NCBI RefSeq assembly: GCF_009914755.1
Contig: NC_060928.1
Length of the DNA: 64,000 bases
Direction: 5' to 3' (one strand)
Origin: the human T2T-CHM13v2.0 reference genome, Homo sapiens
In this document: positions 13,791 to 28,452 of the stretch, one piece after another
Layout: every line of letters begins with the position of its first letter
Numbering within the stretch: position 1 is the stretch's first letter
Translations under genes and position numbers: made by a program
The notes under the pieces: model-generated
Told to the model about the DNA's origin: nothing
Databases searched by the model: none
The model's input: only the letters and a program-made list of their open reading frames with translations

Positions 13791-16700
13791 TAAGTGTACG
13801 TTCTTTTAATGATGAATCTTAATATGGCTCATTTCTTCTAATATATAGAAAATCTAATTGTTTAAATGTTGTACAGAGAAGTTAAATGTCTGAAGCAAAA
13901 ATTTTTTCAATTTATTATTTAACAAAGCTGTGGAAAATTTCTCAGTCTAGTTCTCCACTCCTATAAATAAACAGAGGAAAATTTGTTTTGTATATTGGGA
14001 AGTTTATTCTAATGATTTCATATAGAACACAATTGTTACACTGACATTTCTACGTACTAGGTAGATTTTTTCTTTTTTTTGTTAAATTATCTGGGTAAGA
14101 AAATATATTTATGTTTACTTTTTGTCAGGATGGAACTGAAAAAAAAAAACAACTTTAAAGTTAAAACAAAACCGTCAGATGGCTACATGCTAGATACCAA
14201 GCAGAGTGAATCCCTTCAGAGCAGAAAGAAGTAAAAATAAATGGCCTTAAACTTAAACACTATTGTTGGAAAGATAACTTAATGAAAACAGTGAATCACA
14301 AATAAGATGTCTTGAGGGTAGTAAAATGTCTAAGATAACTTAGTGCTTGTAACTTTGCCTTATATTATTTCATATATATCTTGTAAATGGTACTGCCTGT
14401 TCTTGGGAAAAGAGTAAGTCATACAAAAAAGAATTTTTTATACAAAGACAACATCTAGATACAATCAAACATAACATATCTAGATAGTTCAGCAATTCAA
14501 TAAAATTGATTGCAAATAATTTGAAGCAAGTTGTGCAGACAGAATAATTCACAAGTGGAAATAATTTTCACAAAATATTTCTTCAAACATAAATTTGAGA
14601 AAGAGCAATGTAACATTCATTTAAAATTTTAACTATAAAAACATCACAATCAAAGTTGAAGTGAACTATCTTCTATGTGAAATATCAACAATTTTCCATA
14701 AGTCTTACCATTCACAGAAATGCTATATTTTATTTAAACAGCTAAAGCCAACATAACTATTTTAGCTAAAAAAATTTGCTACTGTAAAACAAGGAGAATT
14801 TTATCTTCTGGTATAAAAGAATTACTGTTAATATTCATTTTTGTGTTGAGTGCAGACACGTGATAGTCACAGAAAATTTTGAACCATCTCTGCTCAATAA
14901 AAACATCTACCCAATAATTCTGAGATGGCAAAATATACATAATCAGCTTAGATAGTTAATTGATAAACTTGATAAATAAACTTGATAGTTTATTAGGTAG
15001 TTTCAGCTGAAAATGCTGTTTTCCAAAAATTGCCCCTTGCCTGTGCTATTTCAAACCTTTGATTTGCACCAAGACTTTGTCCTCTTAATACTTAAATTCT
15101 GTCATCTTCTGGTTATGTTGTTTATTAAAACTTAGTCCAATATGCTTTAAAACTCTAATCTCAGATCCAGTTCAGAGTTTATTTACTCCCATTTTCACAG
15201 CACAGCCATTGCAGAAATGGAGGAGAGGACCCTTAACTGGCCCTGAGACACCAGATCCACCCAGATTCCACGGTGTGGGGCACAAAAGGGGAAAGAGAAT
15301 ACAAAGATCCTCTTGCATACATAACCAGTCATACCTTGCTCAAGGAAGATGCCCTTATCCCATATCCATTGTAGTCAGTTTCACTTTCTGATGCTTGTTG
15401 CTTCTCTAGATGTTGTGGGTTCCCTATAGGAGTGTGCAGCCCATGTGATTAGGGTGCAAAACAAGATTACACAGAAGCTCAATTATGGGCTAATGTTGTC
15501 CCCCACTGTTCCCTAAACAAATTTTTCCATAGGGGAATTTCTTCCTGTGCTTCTTGATGATAAACTGGGAAGTTCCATGATTAAGCAGTGTCATAGTTAT
15601 TTTACAATAATTCCCATGTAATAAATACCCTATATTTTCTTCAAGTCACTCAGCATAATCTTTGTTGTTGTTGTTGATGGTGGTGGTTCTGATGTGTTTG
15701 GGGAGGAATGGATGGGAAGTTGGTGTAGCAGTGGATAAAGATGGTAGGGCCTCTTCTGCTTTTTATAAGCATGGATAAGGCAGTGCTCGGGGGTAGACTC
15801 TGGCTCTATTTTTGGAGCCTGTTTAACAGCTCTTTTTAGGGTGTGAGTATTAAGTACCCTTATTCTCTGCCTTGTATCTTAACTGCAATTCCAAGGATAG
15901 TGGATACATCCAAATACTTTTCCTTACATATAAATGAGTTACTTATGTTTTGGGGTGGCAAAAGGAACTAAGGTCAGTCTTTTTGTGTTGTTGTTCTGTT
16001 TTCTCCTACTCTACAATATACTATGCTTCTCTTTCATTATCTTATTTGAAAAAGTGTTTTGAAGGTTCTCACAAATTGAAAAATGGAGTAATCTTAAAAA
16101 TCTGGACTACTGTTCCACATTCTCACCCCAAATTTTGGAAAATTTTATCTATGTTCCCTTTCTAGCAATTTGTCTGAAAATTATTCATGATACATTCTTA
16201 TATATATAACTATAATTAATATAATTATCAGGAAGCATTAATCATCTTTATTCCATTTTTTTTGTAGCTACCTAATTATTATGCTTCATTACTTGTAATA
16301 CTATTTAAAATTGGAGCTCAATCAAACTGTTACATGATCATTAGAAAATACACCGCATGGAGCCTTAGGTTATTTTGTCTTCAAACCATTATGTTGATGG
16401 TTCTAGGTTAAATATATTCTTATTACATTTCTTTATATTTTATATTCTTCTTAAGAAAATATATTTAGTAAATTCTTCCTTTATCTTTGTTTAGCTGGTG
16501 TGAAGAATATTGCCAGGTCTGAGATTTTTCCTCCACCTAGATCCTCTGTTGTAAGACAGAAAGGGATAAAAGGAAAGGCAAAGATCTTCTTACATAGCCA
16601 GGAATACATCAACTATATTTGAACCAGCCAAGGTTTAACAAGTTTTTTCTCTTTGTTTAAAAAAGTTCCTAAAATTCTTTCACTTATTAGTTTATTGGAA

Positions 16701-16949
16701 AGTCTTAACTCAAAGATGTGTCATGAAAATATATTTTTCTAGAGAGCATTTTTCAGCAGTGCTAGTTTGAACTCCTCATTCCATTACATATAGGTGACCA
16801 GAATAAAAATACCTAGGAATTATTTTTTGAAATATGTAAAAAATATGTAATCTTTAAGTATTATTATTATTATAACTCCCTATTTTAAGTAAAGTTTTAA
16901 ACACTATTTTGGAGGAAAATTTTTGATCATAAGTAATTCAAAGTAGAAA

Positions 16950-17150
16950 ACAGCTTAAAGTTATGAAAACAGACAGAACTCAGTGCAAATTATGAATTCT
17001 GGCACTGTCAGTTTGTTAGTCAAATGATCATGGCCAAGTTAAAATAGTTCTAAATTTCACATATTACAAGTGTAAAATTAAGATATCTATCTTGCAGAAT
17101 GGGTATGACAAATTGAATCAATTTTTATAAATTACCTTACAAAACCTTCG
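16950..17150 (+). mobile_element. MIR fragment
   Basis: Diverged MIR core 'tgatcatggccaagtt...tgtaaaattaagatatctatcttgcag'. Confidence 0.5.
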
Positions 17151-18200
17151 TACAATTAAAGAGAATAATAAGCAAAAATTTTAAAATTGTCATTGTAAAT
17201 TGTTAAGTAAGAAAATCTGAAATATTTTATAAAGCTATAAATATAATTATATAAGGTCAAAGTTCACATACAAAACACTATCAAAAAATTTTAAGAAATA
17301 TTATCCTCAAATTATTACATTCAAATATTGTCTTTCAATAAACAATAATGTTTATTCATTTCTGTGACATCATATTAAATTTTTTGCTGTGTATTTATAA
17401 TGCAGTTGGGAAAGTTTGATCTTACAACTCATAAAATAAGGCAATTTTAAAATTCCAAATGTTATATAAGCCATCAAGACTTGTTAAAAATACCTTCACA
17501 TTCTATTTATCCATTTCATTTTTAGTGCCATCAGTAAATACAAATGTTGTCAAGCAACAAATCAGGTGAAAACAGACAGTGCAATAAAATATGTTTATAT
17601 TGACTATTTGCCCTTCTGATTTCACTGCTATATAAATCTGCAAATAAAAAAACTCTGTGGAGGTAGCAGAGCACCTTACTTTATGACTGTTATTTTTATC
17701 GTGACTTTTATTAAATTTTACCAAATATTTGATGCACATAAATATTAATATGAATTTTATTTGCACTTTTAAGAGATTCTTATAGTGAAGTATATTGATT
17801 TAGATAGAATACTCAAGATGCTCATTTTATAGTATTTAGTGGATAATGAGATTAAGACTACCACTTTTAGAATAATTGTCTGTTGAGCATTGTATACATG
17901 AAGAAAATAAAAATTGATTAAAAGACATAACACAAATAATTGTGCACATAATATGGCCGTGAACTAAAAAGATACTCAAGAAGATATATTGTGAAGAGAT
18001 TACTCCGATAATCTCATGACAGCCTTATTTCTGTATATTCTTGAGCACGGGGAGAAGAAGGCAATCTGATTTTAAATGATATTTCAACTTGGAAATTATA
18101 ATTACTGTCTTAGAGGAAACATAAAACAAGTCCAGCATTTAAGAGAATGAATAGCCCTGTTACAGATCAGGGCCATGGATATGCAGGGTTATGTATGAAG

Positions 18201-18226
18201 CAAAACAAAACAAAACAAAACAAAAC
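18201..18226. repeat. (CAAAA)5 simple repeat
   Basis: Read directly. Confidence 0.9.
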
Positions 18227-20068
18227 TTTTCTGCAGCAGTATAACTGGTGAGGAAGGTATTTTGAAGAGCAAATTAGAGGCAAGTATAATCTGTATAAAT
18301 ATAATATTGATAATGTTCTATTTAAAGTATTCGTTGAGGATTTACAAAAACAGACACAGAATTTTTACCAATAACTGTTGTAAATTTTCTGTTTCAAGAT
18401 AATAACATTATGTGTTTAAATCATTTGATGTGAGAAATAAAATGTGGGAAATAAAAAAAGATCAACAAAATTTGGATATCACAAGAAAAAGACTCTTGGC
18501 TAGATTAGAACAGAAAGCTTTCTCTGTTACACCTGCCTAAGACTTTTCACCAATAGCTGTAAGAAATATTTATCAATACAATTCCTCTATGATTTGTAGT
18601 TCATTTTACATAGTAATTTCTATGTTAAACATGGCAATATTTATCGATTTGCGTAATAGTAACAAAATACAATTGAGGGCATTCTATGTGCCAGCTGGAC
18701 AGTGTTGAAATTAACATCAATAAAATATGACATCCCAACCCTCAACGGCTTCATAGATTAAGAAGTGTATTTTTTCTTCATAGTGTGGCATTAGCCACTC
18801 TCAATAATTGTGATGTCTTATTAAAATTCTGAGTTAACAACCATCTCCAGGGGTTTAGCCCCATATGTGTTTAACTCTAGATATTGAAAAATTGTATATC
18901 TGCTGAAGATAACACAGTTACTATCAGAAAACCTTTATTTGAAAGTTTTGAACGTTTAAATGCTCCTATTTTCTGTAAAATTATTTTCCAAGGGGCAGGC
19001 ATTTATATTAAGATTTTTTTTAACTGATTGGACTAAGCCAGGTATTTATACTTATAAAAAGTTTAAGTTTTTTTATCTTGAAAGATATGAAATAAACTGA
19101 CCAAAAGTATAACATAAGTTATGTTTCTATCAAACCCCAAATTTAATGCATGGTAATGTTTTCATCATTTGGTTTCAGCATTTTATAAATAAATAAATAA
19201 ATAAATAAACATTAAAGAGTGAACAAAAGCACCATTCCCATCACTTCTTCCATCCTCACTCTTCAGAGATAATCAGTAACCTAAAGTTGTTTTTTATGAC
19301 TTTCATATATATCTTGTATTTGTTAAATCATTTATTCTTTAATATTATATGTCTCAAGAGGGAAACAGGGCAGAAATACTGGTCACAAGAAAACATTTTC
19401 CTACAGGTTTTCCATAATATGTTACTATTATGAACCAAACATGACTGCCTACAACTTGGAACGTACTATTCTAGGTTGCAAAGATAGTGAACAAAATTTT
19501 TCACCTTAAAAAATGTATAATTTATCTATATTGTATCCCTTATTATAAAATACAATAAATACGTAAATTTATAAAATAATATACAAATAATTAAATAAGG
19601 CCATTTGTTCATGAAGTACAATAAAAATGATAAAATTGATGTGGCAAGGTTATATAAAAACATTTTATATTCTGGCTTCTCTCCTAGTTTGCTCTTTCAC
19701 TCATGCTCTGAGATACAATTGAAAAACAAAAACAAAAATGAACAACAACAAAAAACTATTCTTACCAAGAGACAATTCTCAAAGGTGCCTTTGGCTGGAG
19801 CATGTGTCATCAAGATTCTGGTAGCACCTTTCAGAGTGAATTTTCAACTCCTCAAAGACACAATGCTTGTAAGGAGGGAACACTGGAACTAGGGAGATGG
19901 AATAGAGAGGTGCCAGTGCCTTGCATGTGAGAGAGTAAAGAGGGATTTTAGCACTGATGTCCAGTTGCTGTGCAGAAACCACAGGAATTCTGAGCATACA
20001 GACTGCCAACAGTGGACGGCCCATCAGTCTTTGAATATGAATACCCACTGTTCTCAATATTCTTCTTA

Positions 20069-20668
<600 letters not shown>

Positions 20669-20813
20669 CTAAGCTATTAATTTCTGAACAGAACAACTTT
20701 ATTCCCGACTTCTTAAATGTTAAAAATCTGGGTTTTCTTTCATCACAGAGAGAATAATTACAATCTCAAGTGGCCTTAGACATGCATAATTTTCTTTATT
20801 TAACTACCTGGTG

Positions 20814-20844
<31 letters not shown>

Positions 20845-20880
20845 GTGTGTGTGTGTGTGTGTGTGCACGTGCACGCATGC
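20814..20880. repeat. Compound (CT)n(GT)n microsatellite
   Basis: Read directly. Confidence 0.92.
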
Positions 20881-22550
20881 ATATCTTTCTTAATGTACTG
20901 TTATTTCTGAAGTCTAACTTTACAATGGTTTTAGAAGTCAATATCTTATTTTTGTTTTCAAAATGCTTTTCTAAATAGTTGTCAGTCTCCTGTAAGTTTA
21001 GGCAGCAATGATTTCTGAACAACTCCCCTGCTATCATATTCTTATAGCATGATGTCCAAGAGTGCCTTGAATATGTGTTGAGGAAGGGTGTGGAGTCAGA
21101 AAAAAAGAACCTTAGGCCATTGCCTGAAATGGGGTTCTATTTTTCACAACCCCTAATGTGGTGAGCAACACAGCTACTTAGGGACCTTTTAAAGTAAAAG
21201 GGATAATTTATTACAAATCTAATTTTCCTTCACTTCATAATAGTAATTCTCATCACTAAATTTTTATAAAATGATTTATTCCATATGGTTCTTATTTTAT
21301 GAGAGGAAAATATTACACTTTCATAATATCCCTATATTAGTGTGACAGGGACTAAACATTTTATACATCACTTTCTCAAGGCATTTACTACTTTATAATG
21401 TACACTCTTTTGCCTACTATTCTCCTAAAGTAATGAAGTTACTTATTTCACTTTTTTTGTTGACTACATTATATTTAAACTGAAATGAATGTTTTTGTTT
21501 TTGTTTTCTCTACCAGATCTGATCGGAAATACTGTTTTCAAAATAAGTTGTAACAAATAGGGGGCTATGAAATCTATATGCTAGATTTTGGCCAGCATTT
21601 TAAAAAATAAGATAGAATATAAAAGAATAAAACAGACTTGAAAAGATTATTTTAGATAAATTAAGTCCATTTGACTGAAAAAGAAAAGAAGATAGAGTAT
21701 ATTGGGTATGATGAGTATACGTAAGTTTATTACTTTTAATTTCAAATATAAAATATATAGGTATAAAAACAAACATACATATACATGCATTCCTACATTC
21801 ATACATTTCTGTGTGTGATTAGGTGTGTTTGTATAAAGACAGAGAACACATAAAATGTTTTTCTTTCTATGCATTGCATTATTGTTTTCAAATTGTTTAA
21901 AGCATTTATGAAGACCAATAAAATATCTTCGACCCCAGACAAGAAAAACAATGACATACTGAGAGATAACTGTGTATCTACCTCAAAGTTAATTTACAAG
22001 TGATCAACATGAACCAATAATAACTAGAGCTACATTTAAAAAAGGAAAAAGCAAGGAAGAGGCAGGAAGGAACATATTGGTTGATTAGGAAAATGAGCAG
22101 AAAATAGTTTATGATCTTGATTCTTTCTGAAAGAAAGTCGACATGGATTATTCAAACATAAGAATAAGTCATCTATAAATCTATCTATGTCTTCTTCAAA
22201 TTAATTTTCTCACCCTCAACACAGTGAAAGCAATCTCTATTCTCAAAATATCCATGCATGTCTCTGAAGCACATGTGAAGAAGATATTTTATTCCTAGGT
22301 TCACGGCCTGTTTAACCTCTTCCATTACCCATAAGCATGAGTTATATACTCTATTCCCATATTTAAAAATGGTCCATTTCATGTTCCTTTTCAATGTCAT
22401 TTATAAATGCCAACCATCAGATGAATATGTGATTTATTTCATATGCATTGAGAAGTTTTGTACAGCTGATTTAAATAAAAAGTATTTCTTTGTAAGATAT
22501 CTCAACCATGCAAAGCCTCTGTTTATTTGACCACTAGAATGACAATAATA

Positions 22551-22849
22551 TTTTTTTTTTTTTTTTTTGAGACAGAGTCTCGCTCTGTGGCCCAGGCCGG
22601 AGTGCAGTGGCGCGATCTCGGCTCACTGCAAGCTCCGCCTCCCAGGTTTACGCCGTTCCCCAACTCAGCCTCCTGAGTAGCTGGGACTTCAGGCGCCCGC
22701 CATCATGCCCGGCTAATTTTTTGTATTTTTAGTAGAGACGGGGGTTTCACCGTGTGAGCCAGGATGGTCTCGATCTCCTGACCTCGTGATCCGCCTGCCT
22801 CGGCCTCCCAAAGTGCTGGGATTACAGGCGTGAGCCACCGCGCCCAGCC
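22551..22849 (-). mobile_element. AluY
   Basis: AluY diagnostics ('actgcaagctccgcc', 'aggatggtctcgatctcctgacctcgtg'), many intact CpGs, perfect TSD gacaataata (22541-22550 / 22850-22859). Confidence 0.96.
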
Positions 22850-24584
22850 GACAATAATAATTTTTAAACAATTCACAGCACAAGATATCTAAGAAGCTCT
22901 TTGAGATTTTGTAGATAAAATTAATACAAGTATAAGCAATATAAAAATGAATTTGTTCTTACACATGTTTCTAATTTTGTAGTTTGACTAGCATCCCTCC
23001 TCCTTTATCTGTTTCCCCCGATAATAAGGCGAAAGATGAAATAAAAAGAACTGTATCAAATTTGGACCATGCTTCTAGGAAAAATATAAAGAAGCATTTA
23101 TAGCCCATGAAGGTCCTTGCAATGGAGCTTAGTTAAGAAGGAGAATCCCATAAATGCTCCTCTGCATGATTATGGTGAAGTTTGTTGTTTCAGATATGGC
23201 AATGGCAAAGACAAGGTGCTGGGTAGAGTAGGCATTTATTTCCCACATATAATTAGCTTGCATTTATTTTGAGATGATATGATTGTTTTTTATTAATGAA
23301 AGGTAATTTTTATACATTACAGAGGTGTTATTGCCTCTATAAAACTAATAAAAAATATATTGACAGTTAAGAGAATAGAATGTTCTTTGAACACCTAGCT
23401 TTGCATTAACCATGGAAGTATAATTATTCTTTCCATCAAGCTAGAGTGACAAATCAGATGATCAGAAGGGGACCTCCTGTAACTTCTGGCCAAACCTGAA
23501 AAATTTTGTTTTAAGAGGCAAAAACTGACAGAGGAAGTAATGGGATTCATGAGGAGAAAGGATTGGTTGAGGAAAGGTGAAGAAACAAATAAAGACTTAG
23601 ATGGTATCCATAATCAGAAAGGGTCTTAACCTGTAGGATACCCATTTAAGTATCTGTTGTTCCATCACTGTGCAGCTAGGCTTAAATCCATCTGTTCCTT
23701 TAATAAAGTACTTCTAATAATCTCCAGTGTAGATAATAAAAGATTGCTCTGAGGGAACATGGCAAGGCAGAATGAGCAACGGAGGATGGTTCTAGGTTAA
23801 GGGAAGGGTGCTTCTAAGAAGCAGAGGGCCGGAATCATCATAACAAACTGTGGTTTAAGAGCAGAGAAGAAATTCAAGGCAGAAACAATGGTAAGAACAA
23901 ATTCCTTATCACTCTATGGATTAGTAAATTTCATTATGCAGGAAAGTAAAACTGTTAATCCATGATAAAATAATCTTACATAAAAAGGAGCTGTAAAAAT
24001 GATATTTCTCAAGGACTAAGGAAATGAGATGAGACTGTATTCATATTATTGTATTTAAAACAATTAAATCTCTGTAGGACATAACCTGTATGAAGAAATC
24101 ACCTACACACCGTGTTTAATGTAGTTATCATAAATAACTGTGTTAATGTATGGGAACAATATATTGAGTTTGCCAAAATACCTCTTCAGTGCTTTTTTTT
24201 TTTGTAATTATAAACCTTATCTTAAGAAGATTCAATTATATTTTTGAAAATCATTTATACATTACTTTCTTCTAGTTTAAAGAGCCTTCTTAATGACTTA
24301 AAATTCTTAATAAACAATATTGCAAATATTATATAACAGAGCAACTAATTGAGAAACCATAAAAATATTTTCAAAATACAAAATTTTAGGGGTAGAGGGA
24401 AGAGTTTTGAGAAACAGGAAATTAGACTTCATCAATATTCCCTATGCAAAATGTAGAAGAAACCTTGATGGGAAGCTGTGTGGAAAATTGACAAATAATC
24501 TGTAAAAATTACAGACCCATGAGCTCATATCCAAGTTGGAAGGGAGAGAGTGGTTGCTTCCAGCAGTTTGGCCTGGCTTTAATG

Positions 24585-24772
24585 GATAACAGCTACTTTT
24601 ATTCAGTATATGCTTTATGCAAATTTTTTTCTAAATACTTTACATGTATTAAATCATTATGTTTATACTATCCCTATAAAATGACTATTTTTTATTATAA
24701 AAATTATGCAATCAAGACACAGAGAGGTAATATAACTTACCCAAGATCACATAGCAAGTAAGTGTCAAAACT
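24585..24772 (-). mobile_element. MIR
   Basis: 'gacacagagaggtaatataacttacccaagatcacatagcaagtaagtg'. Confidence 0.75.
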
Positions 24773-26229
24773 ACTGATGTACTAAATGTATTAAAAGAAA
24801 TCACACTAAATTAAAAATAAAATACTCTTCTCCAATTGACTTTGATTGTATATAATATATTCCTGTTTAATTGTAATGTAAAAGAGAAGTGCCTCCACAC
24901 AAATATCATAATTTCTAACAATTCAGGTGATATAGACCCCAAAAATTTAATTTTATTTGTAAATGTAAAGAACTGTATTTTTTTGTGGATTCTAGTGTCA
25001 TGGAGAATTTCATACATATGACTGATCTAAATTAATACAAGATTTTTGGTTTTAGGTGTTAAATTTGTATATCTATACAATTAGTTTACAATGAGATATC
25101 TTTTTATGGACAGAGAATGAGGGTGGGCTACCTCATAATAAAATAAAACTCATTTTGCCTATTTGGAAATCCTAGAAAGTTATTGAAATCACCCATCCAA
25201 CCCTTAGCATTGTGAATAGGTTCACCCCAAGAGGGTTTTTTCCAAACCAAATATCCTGTGATTTATATACTATCACAAGACTTCTCTACTTAAGGGTATG
25301 ACTGCAAGTTAATACATCATATGATAGAAACTTGCCATAATATAACGATTATAAATCTTTAAGGTTTCTGTTCATAAATAAAGATTTATGATCAAGAGTT
25401 ACATTTTTCTTTCCTTTCATGTATAAATTAGCCTGAGGATTTTATGAATAATTCATATGAAAAATATCATCTTTCAAAGCTATGGTAACTAGGAAAGTTG
25501 CATGTGATTTTATGCAAGTATATCTATGTATATACAAAAATAACACAGGGTATAATATATATACAAATGAGGAAGCCTAACTTTAATGTTTTATGAATTT
25601 TGGAATATTTTCTTAAAATTTCTTATGTAAGAATATATCTTGTGGTCTTTTAATCAATCCTATAATGTAGAGTGATTTATGAAGTAAAAAATTTAATTTA
25701 AATACATTAAATAATGATTCACGTGGTGTATTTTTCTTTATAACACTTTATAATTTAGAAAGTTAAGCATAAACAATTTTAAAATAATATTTTCAGTTTA
25801 AGATAAGACTGCATTCTTTTAGATATTGATTCACAATGCTGCCAATTCTCCTGATGTAGAAAGAATATTAAGGAAAGCAAAGCTGTGGGAATCAGCCCAA
25901 TCAACCTAATACTGCCCTCAAAAATTTCTTTGACTTGAAATTTAGGTCAGATCTGGAATACCTTTAAAACACTTATATAATGCAATAAATTCTTTATCTT
26001 TAGCAAACACATTAATATAGAGTCCAACATTCTCACTAAGTATATTAAATATTTTATACACATAAATTTAGAACACTTTAATAGAGGATAAAAATGTTAA
26101 AGAGCATGCTGATTATTTTAATTCATTCTCTGGTAAAATCCAATAAATAATATTTCTAATGTTTAGGAAATATTACAAAGTGGTGTTGCAACTAACTTTT
26201 GAGATTGCATTCCATGCAGTCTATGAGCA

Positions 26230-26453
26230 CAAGATTTTTAATCCTTCAGAATTACATTGGAATTCTTACTTTAGCTACTGACAACATTTTTGAGCTCATT
26301 TTCTTCATTAATTAAAATTACAATAACAATAATACTTGTCCTATTGAGTTGTCAGGGATAACTGACAAAAAGTAATAAATCACTTTGCATGTGGCACAAA
26401 ATAATTAGCAAATTTGTGAATATTAAAAACTAAATATTAATTATTACTATTAT
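26230..26453 (+). mobile_element. MIR fragment
   Basis: 'gagctcattttcttcat...aataatacttgtcctattgagttgtcaggg...gtggcac'. Confidence 0.55.
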
Positions 26454-26584
26454 CTTTCTTTTTGAAAAATGTCCAAGGAAATTTTTAAGCTATTGGCAAA
26501 AATGAAAAATACATTGAACACATGTGTTTTCTTGCTATTAATAAGAACGATAATTAGAACAATAATAGCATCAATCACAGTGAC

Positions 26585-26800
26585 AATAATTGACCTTTAT
26601 TAAACAACTGGTGTGGAAAAGGTTATTACCTACCTTGTCTCAATGCATCTTTATAGCCAACTTTTGCAGTAGATTATATTGATATCCCCATTTCATAAAT
26701 AAGGAAACAGAAACTTAAAGAAAACTCAGTAAAGTACAGAGGAATTAGAATTAAAACTGTGGAAGATCTCCCTTTCAAATTTGCTTTTGACAACTATACT
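26585..26800 (-). mobile_element. MIR fragment
   Basis: 'atccccatttcataaataaggaaacagaaacttaaag'. Confidence 0.65.
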
Positions 26801-27014
26801 TTAGCTCCTGCTGTAGTATACTGCTGCCTCCCACTAGTTTTCTATGTGACACACAAACACAGAGACACACACACACTGAGCTGCATTTAAGCTAAAGTGA
26901 TTATATGACAATTTGAAACAGAGAAGAGCATTTCTCATTAGGATTTTTTTCAGGATTACCTATGTCGCTCTTTATCTTTTCACTTAATACCAACTCCTCA
27001 CTCATACCGCTTCC

Positions 27015-27150
27015 TGTTCCAGTGGTAAATGCTTAAAAACACTATATGAGGAGGGTAGAGAAGAGGGAGCTCTTGATTTGTAGCTTTTGCTAATTGTAAA
27101 TTTGCTAATTTACAATTTCTAGGGTGTGAACAGGCTCAGTTTCGGGCACA
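27015..27150. mobile_element. Possible MER63-like (hAT) DNA transposon fragment
   Basis: 'gtggtaaatgcttaa...ttgatttgtagcttttgctaatt...ggtgtgaa' resembles the recalled MER63 consensus. Confidence 0.4.
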
Positions 27151-27367
27151 TTGTAAATTATCAGTGAAGGTAGTTCATCAGCATAATATACTTTTATAAG
27201 ACAGATTTTGCTATTCATGATTATGATATAAAGTATTTGATTAAACTTCTCAGTCATTGCAAAGTACTTCTGAAATCCAAAGTAATGAAGGAATTTAAGA
27301 TCTTATAACTGTTTTGGCTGTGAACAATAAGACAATTAAATATGATGACTTCGAATTTGTATTATAA

Positions 27368-28452
27368 TACAATCAACAAAGTGAAGAGACAGCCGACAGA
27401 AGGGGAGAAAATTATTTCAATTACCCATTTGCCAAGGAATTAATAATCAAAATATATAAGAAGTTCAAACAACTATAAAGCAAAAACTCTAATAATCCAA
27501 GCAAAAAATGGGCAAAATATTTAAATAGATATTTCTCAAGAGAAGGCATACAAATGGAAAGCAGGCATATGAAAATGTGCTCAACATCACTGATCATCAG
27601 AGAAATGCAAATGAAAACTACAATGAGATATTATCTCACCCCAGTTCAAATGGCTTTTATTCAAAAGACAGGCAATAATGAATGCTTCCAATGAAGTAAA
27701 GAAAGGGGAACTCTTGTACACTGTTGGTAAAAATGTAAATTAGAATAACCATTAGGAGAACAGTTTGGAGGTTCCTCGAAAAACTAACAATTGAGCTACC
27801 ACATGACGTAACAATCCTACTGCTGAGTATACTCCCAAAAGAAAGGAAATCAGTATACTGAAGAGATGTCTGCACTCCTATGTTTGTTGCAGCACTATTT
27901 ACAACAGCTAAGATTTGGAAGCAACCTAAGTGTCCGTCAACAGATGAATGGATAAAGAAAATGTGCTACGTATACACAATGGAGTAGTATTCAGCCATAA
28001 AACAACTGAGATCCTGTCATTTGCAACAACATGGATGGAACTGGATATTATTATATTAAGTGAAATAAGCCAGGCACAGAAAGAGTGGGATCTGAAAATC
28101 ACCACAATTGAACTCATGGACATAGAGAGCAGAAGGATGGTTACCAGAGTCTTTCAGGGCAGTAGGGGTCTCAGAATGAGATGGGGATGATTAATGGGTA
28201 TCAAAAAAATAGTCAGAAAAAATGAATAAGACCTGCTATTTGATAGCACGATAGGGTGACTGAAGTCAATAATAACTTAATTGTACATTTTAAAATAGCT
28301 AAAAGAGTGTAATTGGATGGTTTGTAACACAGAGGATAAATACTTAAGGGGATGGATACTTTGTTTTCTGGTATGTGAGTATTTCATATTACATACCTGT
28401 GTCAAAACATCTCATATACCCCATAAAAATTTAAAATAAAAAATTTTAAAAA
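27368..28452 (+). mobile_element. 5'-truncated L1 (L1MA1-3-like) 3' end
   Basis: ORF2 C-terminal region plus L1MA-type 3' UTR ('aagagtgtaattggatggtttgtaacacagaggataaa'); possible TSD tcgaatttgta / tcaaatttgta. Confidence 0.9.
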
